A stretch of DNA of 64,000 nt, taken from IMG/VR virus record IMGVR_UViG_3300037261_000110. One strand, given 5' to 3'. How positions within the stretch are numbered: position 1 is the first letter of the stretch; every line of letters starts with the position of its first letter. Source of the stretch: a virus (lineage: Duplodnaviria; Heunggongvirae; Uroviricota; Caudoviricetes). The notes under the pieces were generated by a model. That model saw nothing but the letters and a program-made list of their open reading frames with translations. It did no database searches and had not been told where the DNA came from. A program made the translations under genes and the position numbers. Below are positions 1-8,882 of this stretch, one piece after another.

Positions 1-66
1 ACCTAGCCCGATCTGATAGAATCTAAGGATAGCAAGGGGAAACGCTCGCCGAGCGCTCCCATGTCG

Positions 67-166
67 CGGTAAGGTGAAGGATTAACCTTACCCAGGATGG
101 TTAACGAGCGCCGTTAACCTTACCGAGTGTGGTTAACGGCGTTAACCTTACCCAGCATGGTTAACG
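67..166. repeat. Three tandem ~28-33 bp repeats, each with internal dyad symmetry (CGTTAACC-N11-GGTTAACG), preceded by a GGTAAGG/CCTTACC inverted repeat
   Basis: Seen directly: ttaaccttacccaggatggttaacg / cgttaaccttaccgagtgtggttaacg / cgttaaccttacccagcatggttaacg. Confidence 0.8.
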
Positions 167-190
167 TCGCCGCCTGGGCGCCAAAAACCC

Positions 191-260
191 GCGACTTAGG
201 CGGCGACTTAGGACCGGCGACTTAGGCGGCGACTTAGGATCACGATCGCCGCGACTTAGG
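191..260. repeat. Five direct copies of the 10-mer GCGACTTAGG at 12-22 bp spacing (iteron-like array)
   Basis: Seen directly: copies begin at 191, 203, 217, 229 and 251. Confidence 0.85.
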
Positions 261-566
261 ATCGCCAGCCGAAACCAAAATTGAATTGTCCAGCTCGAAT
301 TTTTAGCAAAAAATTGCTAGAAGCCAGCAAATTAGAAATCCATGCTACTTTCTCGTTGACTTAGCAAATTTTTCATGCTACGAAGCCTTCTGCCGACTGA
401 CCAAGCGCACCTGCTGGCACGAGATCAGTCGATGAGTCCCTGGTTAGCCGTGCCTCCTCACGGTGAGCTGCCTCTGATGCGGTGTTCATGACGCACCAGA
501 CGACTTCCGGGACGATCCTCAGCTCTCCGGCTGTACCTTTCTCGTTTGGTGCGGTCGGAGAGCTGA

Positions 567-622
567 CTTATCAGGTCATAGCTTGATTTATCATACGATT
601 TATCAGGTCACAGCCTGATTTT
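567..622. repeat. Two direct repeats TTATCAGGTCAyAGCyTGATTT, each with internal TCAGG/CCTGA dyad (operator-like)
   Basis: Seen directly in the sequence. Confidence 0.7.
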
Positions 623-708
623 TCGCCAAAATAGTAGATTAGAGCCTCATTTATACTATGATTGCCAATTGTTAATGAAAGCAACGCGCAAGTATAGCGC
701 AAGCAACA

Positions 709-805
709 CAAATTCATAAAAAGCGGACCCATCAAATTCATAAAAAACGGAGATGGGCTAAGTTTTTGGTTTTGCTGGCGATTTCGAGCTGGCAAATTCA
801 TAGAA
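709..805. repeat. Three copies of CAAATTCATA(A/G)AA; the first two extend to the 19-mer CAAATTCATAAAAARCGGA
   Basis: Seen directly; lies upstream of the small plus-strand ORF at 816. Confidence 0.7.
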
Positions 806-975
806 TGAGGAAACTATGAATTTTTTAGACTACTTGAACTACTATACGCAGAAATTGGCGTTACTTTCGTTCGGCTGGGAGGGATTTTTCACGATTCGGG
901 TCGATTCGCTCGCACACTGGACGAGCGCCTTATTCAACCAATCGGTTAAACGACCTATATTAGCGTTTGCTAATA

Positions 976-3879
976 CTATCTTAGCGGTCTACCGCGAAAA
1001 ATAGCCGTCATGATTGTAGGCTCCTCGAAGCCACGAGCGGCGATCTCCTTTTGAATTTGCTCAAGCCCGCCGATAAGGTTGCGAACTGGCGGTAATCCAA
1101 TATAATTTCGACCAGCCACTATACTTTTCGGTAAGGTACCGTCCTTTGGATTTGGCAAGGTACCTGCCTGAGAATCTGACAAGGTACCTGCTCCCTCAGA
1201 ATCTTTACGGTCCTCAGTCAGCTCTTGAAGCTTCGCCTCAACTTCCTTCCTCGCCTTTTCATTGTAGTTGCGAGAGCCAGCATAGCCGACGCCAGTCAGA
1301 CGCTTAGTACCGTACTTACGCTTCGGACGCGCCCAAGCGAGATATTGCGAAGTCGAGTCGCCCTGATCCTTGTACTTGGTCTCAGGCCAACCAAATATCT
1401 CAGCTTCATATTCTGCTAGCCACCCTGAATTCTCAGGTAGATGGACCAGATGCGCTTCCATCATTGGCGTCACACCATCCATGCGAAACTCTTTCGTAGC
1501 GTTATCAGTTGAGATAGCGATAACTGCACGCGGGCAATGTGGCGAGTTTGGATCGGATTGCTGCTGAATGTACTGAGTACCAGAACCCTTGTCTTCGACG
1601 AGAACACAATCCACATCTCTCAGCTCAGCAAGCTTGTTGAGCTTGTTTGCCATCTCAAAGAACTCCACACGCTTGCGGTAGACCTCGATCAAGTAGTGAT
1701 GGTTATCTTTAGTTTCATCCCAAATCGTTGCAACCGTATAAGCTGCACGCTCGTTGTTCTTGTTGGCAGTGTCGACTGACATAACACGACGCTTCACGTC
1801 TTTGCGCTCAGGACCGATGCGATAGCGTGTACTTGTGAACCATTCACGCTTGATGACGCCACCTTGCTCGTCGATCGGCTTGCCCATATACAAGCTGTTC
1901 CAATCCTTTGCGGATTGCTCAGACTTGATCTGCGCGAGAACATCTTTCGAAAAGAACTCAGGCCAAAGCGGATCACCAAACTGGCGTCCGATTGGATCGG
2001 GAACTGAATCGTCCAAGTAAATTGCCGGCAGGTTAATGATTTCCCAAGGGGCTCCATCGACCATACCTGCCTTGATCATCTTGTTTTCGGCCTCTAGGCG
2101 TCCGCAAAGATCGTCCGAATGCCAGCGCGTCGCCACTATGAACAGTGGAGCTTTGGGAAGCAGACGCGTAAGGTAGTCAGCCTTGAACCAAGCATAGGTT
2201 TTATTGCGGATCGTATCGGATTCCGCATCCTCTCTCGACGCAAATGGATCATCGACGCCAGCAAGATTAGTTCTGAAACCTGCAATTCCTTGTCCGACAC
2301 CACGTGTCAGATAAGCAGAGCCGTTATTTAGCACCCAATATCCGGCGGCGCGCGAAGCTGTGCTTAGCTGTATGTTCGGAAACACTTCAGCATAGCGATC
2401 AGACTCAATTATATCTCTGCACTTCTTACCAAATTCGTTCTCGACGAAGTTCTGGCTGTGTCCGGCTTGAAGATATTTCGTCTTTGGAGCAACACCCATC
2501 TTCCAGGTTGGAAATAAGCGCGAGGCATACGTCGAATTATGGGTTACAATATGTCCACGACCAACAAGAAACAAACCATCTTCGCGTTCGACAGTAATGC
2601 ATTGAGTCGATTGAGTTCCTTCAATCTTCTCGAACGAAATGTAACGTCCGTATTTACCTTCAAACTCAGTTGCACGACAGACCTTGCGCCATAGCTGAAA
2701 CGCACTCTTGAAGTAGAAAGACACGCGCCAATATTCACCGCAGTCTTTTCCGTTCAACATAGCACGTCCAGGGATGATTGAATTCTTCACCCCTAACGAA
2801 AACAGAAGTTCACTCACTGCGTCCCTCAAGCGAGAATTGGTTGAACAAAACGAACACTGTCCTGACGGCGAGACCGTTCCATCACTATCCATCAATCCTT
2901 GTAGAATTGATAAACGCACGTGATAAGAATTTCGAAGATACAGCTCAGGAACATGCTTATTGTTCAAGACACCAAGTGATACCAGATGCTTTCTAATGCC
3001 TAACAAACCAAATGCAGTCTTAGTTGTATGATCAGAAGTATGAACTCCGCACCATTCAATGCGCTCACGTACTTCCGGCTGATCCTTCACATCACATGTT
3101 ATTGTCGGTTGATCGGAATGCCCGTCGCCTAACCAATATCCAAGAACATAAGGATCAAGCGGAATCGTACGAGCCTTATATTCGACTGCTTCAAAATTTG
3201 GAAGTTTTGCACGGCGAGGAGATGTTCGATTGGCAAGATATTCAGTTGGATATGTCTTCCAATAATCACGCTTGCGATCTAATCGAACTGTCCACAAATG
3301 TTCCCCATCAACTAAAACAGCTTGTCCATCATCAGTGTATACACGATAGATTGTACGATTTTCAAACACCGGCGATTTTGCGATTATCTTAGTTGTTGTG
3401 CCGTCTGGTCCGTAAACCTTGTCACCGACTTTCAACTCAGCAATCGTTTTGTAACCGAGCGGAGTTGGAACCTTAGTATCCAGCACCATCGCTTTTGCAT
3501 GTCCTGGTGGCGCCGATATCATTAGACGCGAGTGCATTCCCTGTGACAAATCTGTCAGCTTATTCAGCATGAAGACATGCCAATCAGCCGGTGGTTCATC
3601 CGGAAAAATGTATTCACAATATGCAGTTAGGTCTTTTGGCGCGAGCTGAAGCAGAGCGCTCATGTACTCATTCGAAGTGCTTTCGTAAAGCTCTTCAAGT
3701 GCAATCAGCTGTTGCGCGGGATCGGTAGTACCTGTAAGTTCTATTATGAACTTAGTCTTTGTCGGCGTCAACATCGACTGACGTATCAGTGATGTTTCCA
3801 GCTCCGTCGCCACCATCTTCAGGTTCGTCAGTGACTTCCGTATCTGCTTGCGCGTCTTTTGCGAGATTATTTGCAGCAT
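976..3879 (-). CDS. terL: Terminase large subunit (TerL) interrupted by an in-frame intein. The extein N-terminus may start at the internal Met at 3816 or 3774
   Basis: Motifs: ATRWHSDDLCGRL, DGAPWEIINLP, FIVATRWH. A P-loop-like PPGHAK|S is split by about 319 aa that begin with a Hint block A and end in HN+S. Confidence 0.9.
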   Translation of the reverse strand: MLQIISQKTRKQIRKSLTNLKMVATELETSLIRQSMLTPTKTKFIIELTGTTDPAQQLIALEELYESTSNEYMSALLQLAPKDLTAYCEYIFPDEPPADWHVFMLNKLTDLSQGMHSRLMISAPPGHAKAMVLDTKVPTPLGYKTIAELKVGDKVYGPDGTTTKIIAKSPVFENRTIYRVYTDDGQAVLVDGEHLWTVRLDRKRDYWKTYPTEYLANRTSPRRAKLPNFEAVEYKARTIPLDPYVLGYWLGDGHSDQPTITCDVKDQPEVRERIEWCGVHTSDHTTKTAFGLLGIRKHLVSLGVLNNKHVPELYLRNSYHVRLSILQGLMDSDGTVSPSGQCSFCSTNSRLRDAVSELLFSLGVKNSIIPGRAMLNGKDCGEYWRVSFYFKSAFQLWRKVCRATEFEGKYGRYISFEKIEGTQSTQCITVEREDGLFLVGRGHIVTHNSTYASRLFPTWKMGVAPKTKYLQAGHSQNFVENEFGKKCRDIIESDRYAEVFPNIQLSTASRAAGYWVLNNGSAYLTRGVGQGIAGFRTNLAGVDDPFASREDAESDTIRNKTYAWFKADYLTRLLPKAPLFIVATRWHSDDLCGRLEAENKMIKAGMVDGAPWEIINLPAIYLDDSVPDPIGRQFGDPLWPEFFSKDVLAQIKSEQSAKDWNSLYMGKPIDEQGGVIKREWFTSTRYRIGPERKDVKRRVMSVDTANKNNERAAYTVATIWDETKDNHHYLIEVYRKRVEFFEMANKLNKLAELRDVDCVLVEDKGSGTQYIQQQSDPNSPHCPRAVIAISTDNATKEFRMDGVTPMMEAHLVHLPENSGWLAEYEAEIFGWPETKYKDQGDSTSQYLAWARPKRKYGTKRLTGVGYAGSRNYNEKARKEVEAKLQELTEDRKDSEGAGTLSDSQAGTLPNPKDGTLPKSIVAGRNYIGLPPVRNLIGGLEQIQKEIAARGFEEPTIMTAIFRGRPLR
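2536..3492 (-). mobile_element. Intein with a LAGLIDADG homing endonuclease domain, inserted in the TerL P-loop
   Basis: N-terminal block A-like (A)MVLDTKVPTPLGYKTIAELKVGDKV. Two LAGLIDADG motifs, LGYWLGDGH and LQGLMDSDG. C-terminus GHIVTHN followed by the +1 Ser. Confidence 0.8.
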
Positions 3880-4369
3880 CTTCTTGTTCTTTATCCATTT
3901 TTCGGAATGTATGCACTAGATTTGCGAGGCTCGAAGCAGTAGGTGCCTTAGACTTTTTCGTTTCAGAAATTCCGCCACGATCAACACCATTTTTACCGAG
4001 CTTACCCCACATTCCAAGATATTCGCCCATCAGTTCAATGCAACGAAAAGCTGCGTTATGCTGCTTTTCTAGCTTTGCGTTCTGAGCAAGCAACATAAGT
4101 TGTTCAAGCACCCACGTCTTTGTGAGTTCAAGGTCTTCGTCAGTCTTCGGACCATTCTTGAGAATGTCATCGATCGCCACAATCGATCCTTCAGCCGCCT
4201 CTATCTTCAGTTCGCGTATGCGCGCCTGAATCTCAAGCTGATGAAACATTTTTGAAGCGTTGCCTGGGTTTGGCGAATATCCGGCTTTTTCATATGAATC
4301 AGTAATGCCGCCGCCACGAACTATCAGGCTGCAAAAGTTCTCTCGACGAATATCTTGTAATTTCATCAT
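3752..4369 (-). CDS. terS: Terminase small subunit (TerS). The annotated start is an internal Met; the open frame extends to 4546
   Basis: Terminase_2-like motif ITDSYEKAGYSPNPGNASKM, an acidic C-terminal tail, and it overlaps the terL start. Confidence 0.7.
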   Translation of the reverse strand: MMKLQDIRRENFCSLIVRGGGITDSYEKAGYSPNPGNASKMFHQLEIQARIRELKIEAAEGSIVAIDDILKNGPKTDEDLELTKTWVLEQLMLLAQNAKLEKQHNAAFRCIELMGEYLGMWGKLGKNGVDRGGISETKKSKAPTASSLANLVHTFRKMDKEQEDAANNLAKDAQADTEVTDEPEDGGDGAGNITDTSVDVDADKD

Positions 4370-4511
4370 CTTACTTCTTGTTTGAGCCACATGATCAATG
4401 AAGAGTAACCAACCGACCGACCACTTATCTACCCACGTTTTTATTCTGCGGGTCTTCCTTCGATATTTTCCAATACGTATTTTCTGCTGATGTGCAAGCG
4501 GACTCCCTGGT

Positions 4512-5183
4512 TCACTTGGAAACGGTTTCCTTCCCATCGAATTCAATCACTGTTCTTGGTTGGTGTCCCTGATCGAACACACCATACATCGCAATCAGGC
4601 TGGCTTCCGCCCTGCCGTCGTCCTTTTTACGCTTGAACTGCGCGGCTGCACTTGGAAAGAGCTTCGAGGCACGCGCACGCGACAAATCCTTGTCAGCTCC
4701 GCATCCCATGCGCGCCTTCCAGATTGAAGGACGAACTTTGACAACCCTTAAGCGAAGTGATGCAGCAACGCCAAGAATCGTCCCAAGGCTGGCGCCGAAG
4801 GTGAATCCGTTCACACCACCATCGTGGACCATTCCCCAAACATCCTCTATATAAAGGATATTGCTCGGATGCTTACGCAGCCAACTGACGACCGCGTACG
4901 CATCAACCTCGCGTCGATTGGCAGTAGCTCCGAACACGTGGACTGGCATATCCAGGATGGCTAGCTTGCCCGCATACTCGTCAATCGCGGCTAGAGCGCC
5001 GGAATTGCCTGGATCAACTCCAATCGTCCAGAACCCGCTCCCAAGCCCGGCAAAGTTCTTGTCATCGACGAACCTCGCCTTGCAATCAGCCAGCGTCTTA
5101 CCATCTCCGCCCTCTGGCTCCGCCAGATGGCTTCCCGCTACGCGGGCCGAAACCACGTCGTTCGCACGATCTTCAGTAAACAT
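4512..5183 (-). CDS. RuvC-like Holliday junction resolvase
   Basis: Motifs IGVDPGNSGALAAID and ILYIEDVWG, and a basic C-terminal region. Confidence 0.65.
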   Translation of the reverse strand: MFTEDRANDVVSARVAGSHLAEPEGGDGKTLADCKARFVDDKNFAGLGSGFWTIGVDPGNSGALAAIDEYAGKLAILDMPVHVFGATANRREVDAYAVVSWLRKHPSNILYIEDVWGMVHDGGVNGFTFGASLGTILGVAASLRLRVVKVRPSIWKARMGCGADKDLSRARASKLFPSAAAQFKRKKDDGRAEASLIAMYGVFDQGHQPRTVIEFDGKETVSK

Positions 5184-5667
5184 ACTTCGTACATGCCATA
5201 CAACAACGTAAAAGTAAAGTAAAAGCACACATAGGGTCATTTTGGTTTGGTTCCCCACACCCTTCCGTGCGGGGCGCGAAAAGCTAAAAGAGCAACGTTC
5301 AAAAAGTAGTGTTTTTTAGCAAAAGCTAAGCTTTCTGCGGATGTGTCATAAAATCCACAACTTTTCGACCTACCACTTTTGGCCCCAAAACCCTTTATTT
5401 CTTTAGATAAGATCAATCAAAAGAATAAAAGAATAGTGGGAACCAGGAACACCAAACCAGTCAGGGTAAAACGCTTCGAAAAAATTTCTGTGCCTGAGCT
5501 GGTACAGTGAGACACCGGCGCAGATATTTGTGCCGGGCATTTTCCCCGCGACTGGTTCCGTGTTCCTCATTTACACTACGGTTTTTGAGCTTTCGTTGTA
5601 ATTCCAAGCCTTTTCACAACAATTTAATTGTTGATATTGACTTAATTGACCGTTTGTGCTGTACAGC

Positions 5668-5721
5668 TTGACAGAAGTCACTATTTGTGCTATCAACCGA
5701 CATCGCACAAATAGTGACTTC
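5668..5721 (+). promoter_or_regulatory. Sigma70-like promoter (TTGACA, 17 nt spacer, TATCAA) overlapped by a perfect 17-bp inverted repeat (GAAGTCACTATTTGTGC ... GCACAAATAGTGACTTC). A GAGGAA ribosome-binding site and the ATG at 5734 follow
   Basis: Seen directly; lies in the divergent intergenic region between the minus-strand packaging genes and the plus-strand early genes. Confidence 0.7.
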
Positions 5722-5733
5722 TGAGGAACCAAT

Positions 5734-6417
5734 ATGACTCTTTTCGTTAAAAACTTCGAGGAGCTGCACCAGAAGGTGCTCGACTTCGATCCGATCGTTG
5801 CCAATCGGCGCGGGCGTGTTGCGCTCCGTCTCAAGTTCTTTTGCGAGTTTGGCAACCGTAAAATCAGTGTTGGCGTTTATGCGCTCGCTAATGGAGCAAC
5901 CGAACGCAGGCGCTGTTACAACATCGCTGACGCCTTCAATTACCTCAATAAGTGTGGTGTTGAGCAAGATATACCAAAGGTCGAGCCCGGTCATGCAATT
6001 CAACCAGTCCGCAAAGTCAGGACCGGCAATAACGAGTTTGCCACGTCGGCGGTTGACAGAGCGATCTTGCTCAAGCCAATGCTGGACGCTTGGCACGATG
6101 GCGCACGCCGCCGCAACCCGCGCTTTCGCTACAATGGTGCAATTGAAACTCCTTGGGGAACAATCGATCTCGTTGGCTCTTACGATGGTAGGAAGCCACA
6201 TTTCGAATTTCAAGTGACTCGACAGGATACCTCGAAAAAGCTTCGTTACAGAGAAGACGAGCTGGAAAAGGCGTTCGGTGATCTATTCCGTGGCGCGAAT
6301 GGCGTCGAAGTCGAGACCTGGATTGAGCCGACTGACGATGATGTAAGCACCTATCCGAAGGCGGCGCGTTTTCCAACGATGCGCCCGAGCCGTAGAAGTC
6401 ACGCACATGAAAGCTAA
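5734..6417 (+). CDS. Hypothetical protein; first gene downstream of the operator-controlled promoter
   Basis: 227-aa ORF, RBS GAGGAA, no recognised motifs. Confidence 0.6.
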   Translation: MTLFVKNFEELHQKVLDFDPIVANRRGRVALRLKFFCEFGNRKISVGVYALANGATERRRCYNIADAFNYLNKCGVEQDIPKVEPGHAIQPVRKVRTGNNEFATSAVDRAILLKPMLDAWHDGARRRNPRFRYNGAIETPWGTIDLVGSYDGRKPHFEFQVTRQDTSKKLRYREDELEKAFGDLFRGANGVEVETWIEPTDDDVSTYPKAARFPTMRPSRRSHAHES

Positions 6418-6841
6418 TTGGTACGAACAAGGGCGCGGAGCTGCACCGCTGCCAAATCCGAATCCTTTGCCTTGGCCTTATAGTGAGATGACAACGGAGC
6501 GTGACAACGCCAGTCATGTCTTGAGTCAGCTACAGAAAATGCCGATCCATGAGCTTCAATTTGCCAAAATCTACCTGTTCACCAGTCCCGATCCATGTGA
6601 GGTTGTTCGGCGTCTGATGGATGAAGTTCGTTGGACTAAAGACTTTTCGGAAACGTTCTTTCTGGCTGGTTCGGTTATCTGGAACATCCCGCAGCTGGCT
6701 TTGTATCGTTGGACCGTTCCTCACCCGTTGCCACATAAAAAGCTGCCGGGTGTAGCTGGATTAGTCTTGTCAGACTACGTTCCATACCCATTTTCGATTT
6801 CTGTTGACATTTTTTCGAGTTCGTGCAATTTAACAGGATGA
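6407..6841 (+). CDS. Hypothetical protein
   Basis: 144-aa ORF overlapping the stop of the upstream gene. Confidence 0.4.
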   Translation: MKANWYEQGRGAAPLPNPNPLPWPYSEMTTERDNASHVLSQLQKMPIHELQFAKIYLFTSPDPCEVVRRLMDEVRWTKDFSETFFLAGSVIWNIPQLALYRWTVPHPLPHKKLPGVAGLVLSDYVPYPFSISVDIFSSSCNLTG

Positions 6842-7067
6842 CTGACTATTTCCTCTCACTGCCAAACCGGCTCGCCGAAATCGAGGCTGAGGAGCTAGCG
6901 CCCGATGGAAATCTCACCCCAGGTTTCTATCGGTTCTGCCGCAGCTCCAACGACACGCCGTCAGCGGCTGTGGCTCGCAGTCGTCCTAAGACACGTTCGC
7001 AAAGGCAGCGCTACGCCAAATATATCAGGACGCCGAACACGCTCAATCCGTCAAGGAGCTTCTAGCC

Positions 7068-7328
7068 GTGCCGCGCAAGTTTATGTACGCGGTCCTCGCC
7101 GCGTCGTTCCTGTTCTTGACGATTTCACTCGTGAAATACGTGGGTGTCGAGGAGCGCCTTATTCTCCAAATGCAAAGCGACGCAAGGGACCGCGCAAAGT
7201 CTGACGCTGTGTGGCTCGATCGCATTCGCAAGATGGAATTGAATCAGACCCTGGCGCCGAGCAACCCGGTAATCAAGCCGTGCCCGTTCATCGATCAGCA
7301 ACCTCTAGCCACGGGGTGCAGCAAGTGA
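7068..7328 (+). CDS. Small membrane protein
   Basis: N-terminal TM helix YAVLAASFLFLTISLV. Confidence 0.45.
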   Translation: MPRKFMYAVLAASFLFLTISLVKYVGVEERLILQMQSDARDRAKSDAVWLDRIRKMELNQTLAPSNPVIKPCPFIDQQPLATGCSK

Positions 7329-7564
7329 CAATGCATCTGCGCTTCCGTGTTGCCGTCTGGCAAATCTTGCTCGGACTGTTCGTTCTGATTGGCATCATAA
7401 TGTGGGCAGTGTTGTAATGCTGACACAATTGCAACTCAATATGGTGAAAGAAGCGATCGGCAATGGTCACGATTGGCTGAGCACTTTCGCCTGTATGGAC
7501 AGGAGAGCTGACAGCATGCTTGGCTTCGATCCATATGCACGTGTAATGGTGAAGGTTGTCAACC

Positions 7565-7693
7565 ATGACTCTAAGTCATTTCGAACGGCTGGTGATCGGA
7601 CTCAATATCGTTATCCTCACCGTAGTGATGACGCTCGACTACTACGCCGTAAGCCACCAGCTACAGCTGTTCATGTCCTCACCACTTTTCTGA
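7565..7693 (+). CDS. Small membrane protein (42 aa)
   Basis: RBS GGTGAAGG; single TM helix LVIGLNIVILTVVMTL; lies in a different frame from the 148-aa track ORF. Confidence 0.4.
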   Translation: MTLSHFERLVIGLNIVILTVVMTLDYYAVSHQLQLFMSSPLF

Positions 7694-7855
7694 TTTTGGT
7701 CGGGATCGTTGTCGGCATCGAAACCGGCGTCGTGTGGGGAAGCCAGTGTGGTTTCGGTTCGTTCAATTGTGTCGTTCGCAGCCTTGGCCTCGCGGGAGCT
7801 GACGCCTACTATGCCCAACGCTTTGAGAACCATCATGCTCCGCAATAAGGAACGT

Positions 7856-7975
7856 ATGTCGACAATCCAGAAGCTCACCGTCCTCGGCGGTGTTGCTTTT
7901 GCTTTCCTCTACTGTGCGTTCATCATTTTTGGGATCATGCATGCAACCACGGAGCCACCAATCTACTATGAGTGA
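7856..7975 (+). CDS. Small membrane protein (39 aa)
   Basis: RBS AAGGAA; TM helix LTVLGGVAFAFLYCAFIIFGI. Confidence 0.45.
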   Translation: MSTIQKLTVLGGVAFAFLYCAFIIFGIMHATTEPPIYYE

Positions 7976-8120
7976 ACGCCACAATTACAGGCACTGGACA
8001 CCTGGGATGTTTTGGAGCGCATTGCTACTTATCATCCTTTTAGGTTTGGCAGTGTGGGGAGCGATCGATTATGGACAATCGATCGACTACGCTTTTGGAC
8101 ATCTCTTCACCCATGAGTGA
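7968..8120 (+). CDS. Small membrane protein (50 aa)
   Basis: Start overlaps the upstream stop (ATGAGTGA); TM helix FWSALLLIILLGLAVWGAI. Confidence 0.45.
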   Translation: MSERHNYRHWTPGMFWSALLLIILLGLAVWGAIDYGQSIDYAFGHLFTHE

Positions 8121-8232
8121 GTTTGACTTCTGGACGGGCATGTATTATGTCCTCGCGCTCGGCATAAGCTTTGGCTTGGTGTGCGGCCTCGCATGCGCGT
8201 GGTTTGCCAATAATCGAGGCAAACATGCATAA
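8113..8232 (+). CDS. Small membrane protein (39 aa)
   Basis: The same ATGAGTGA start/stop overlap; TM helix YYVLALGISFGLVCGLACAWF. Confidence 0.45.
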   Translation: MSEFDFWTGMYYVLALGISFGLVCGLACAWFANNRGKHA

Positions 8233-8509
8233 CTGGCGCCGTTGGTATCTCTTCGGACTCTGTATTCTAGGGCTCGTCGGTGTCGAATTCATTCAGTTCA
8301 GTTTCGAGCCGCCGGACAAGCCGCAGGTTAGCAAGGAACACTGCGATCTGCAAGCCAGACAGATTTGCATAGCTAATCTTGATCGGACTGGCAAGGTTGC
8401 CTCTCTCAAAAAGCCGGGAGTGTTCTGTTCGTGCTGGCTGAATGGTAAGGGAATAGAGGACAACATATATTATCTGCAATACGAGCTAGACAGGGCGAAG
8501 AAAAAATGA
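8225..8509 (+). CDS. Membrane-anchored small protein with a Cys-containing ectodomain
   Basis: Start overlaps the upstream stop; TM helix YLFGLCILGLVGV. Confidence 0.45.
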   Translation: MHNWRRWYLFGLCILGLVGVEFIQFSFEPPDKPQVSKEHCDLQARQICIANLDRTGKVASLKKPGVFCSCWLNGKGIEDNIYYLQYELDRAKKK

Positions 8510-8655
8510 CCCTCGAACAGCACTCTGAAGTTCTACGTCGTCGCTTGGAGGCTTTAGCCAAGGCTTTGACTGATGCACATCGCGACGGCTACGAAGTTAA
8601 ATATACCGTCGGGTATATTTATGGGGAGACAATGCGTTCGAAATTAAAAAGCTGA
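8506..8655 (+). CDS. Small hypothetical protein (49 aa)
   Basis: ATGA overlap with the upstream stop. Confidence 0.35.
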   Translation: MTLEQHSEVLRRRLEALAKALTDAHRDGYEVKYTVGYIYGETMRSKLKS

Positions 8656-8680
8656 AGCTGACAAAGGACTTTACACACAA

Positions 8681-8800
8681 ATGAAACATGAAATATTGAA
8701 GCTGCTGAAGCAGAAGATGTCAGTCAAAGAAATCGCTCAGATACTTGGTTTGTCTGAGTGGACCGTCGTCGCTTACATTGGAGTCAGGAAGCAATGTTAG
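8681..8800 (+). CDS. Miniature LuxR/GerE-type HTH protein (39 aa)
   Basis: LKLLKQKMSVKEIAQILGLSEWTVVAYIGVRK matches the LuxR C-terminal HTH consensus. Confidence 0.5.
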   Translation: MKHEILKLLKQKMSVKEIAQILGLSEWTVVAYIGVRKQC

Positions 8801-8882
8801 CTCGTCTTGGTTATCCCTTGGTTGGTATGTTTGGCATCGCCTGCGGAGTCCAGCCTCAGCACCATGCTTCAGTCGAGCCTGA

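Noticed and set aside
571-801. 76-aa minus-strand ORF in the repeat region
   Set aside because: It lies entirely within the direct-repeat arrays, its sequence is low-complexity, and it has no RBS. It is more likely an ORF-like artefact of the repeats.
7402-7848. 148-aa ORF from the six-frame track
   Set aside because: The N-terminal half is plausible, but the C-terminal half overlaps a much more convincing small TM ORF with an RBS (7565..7693) in another frame. It was not reported as a single 148-aa CDS.
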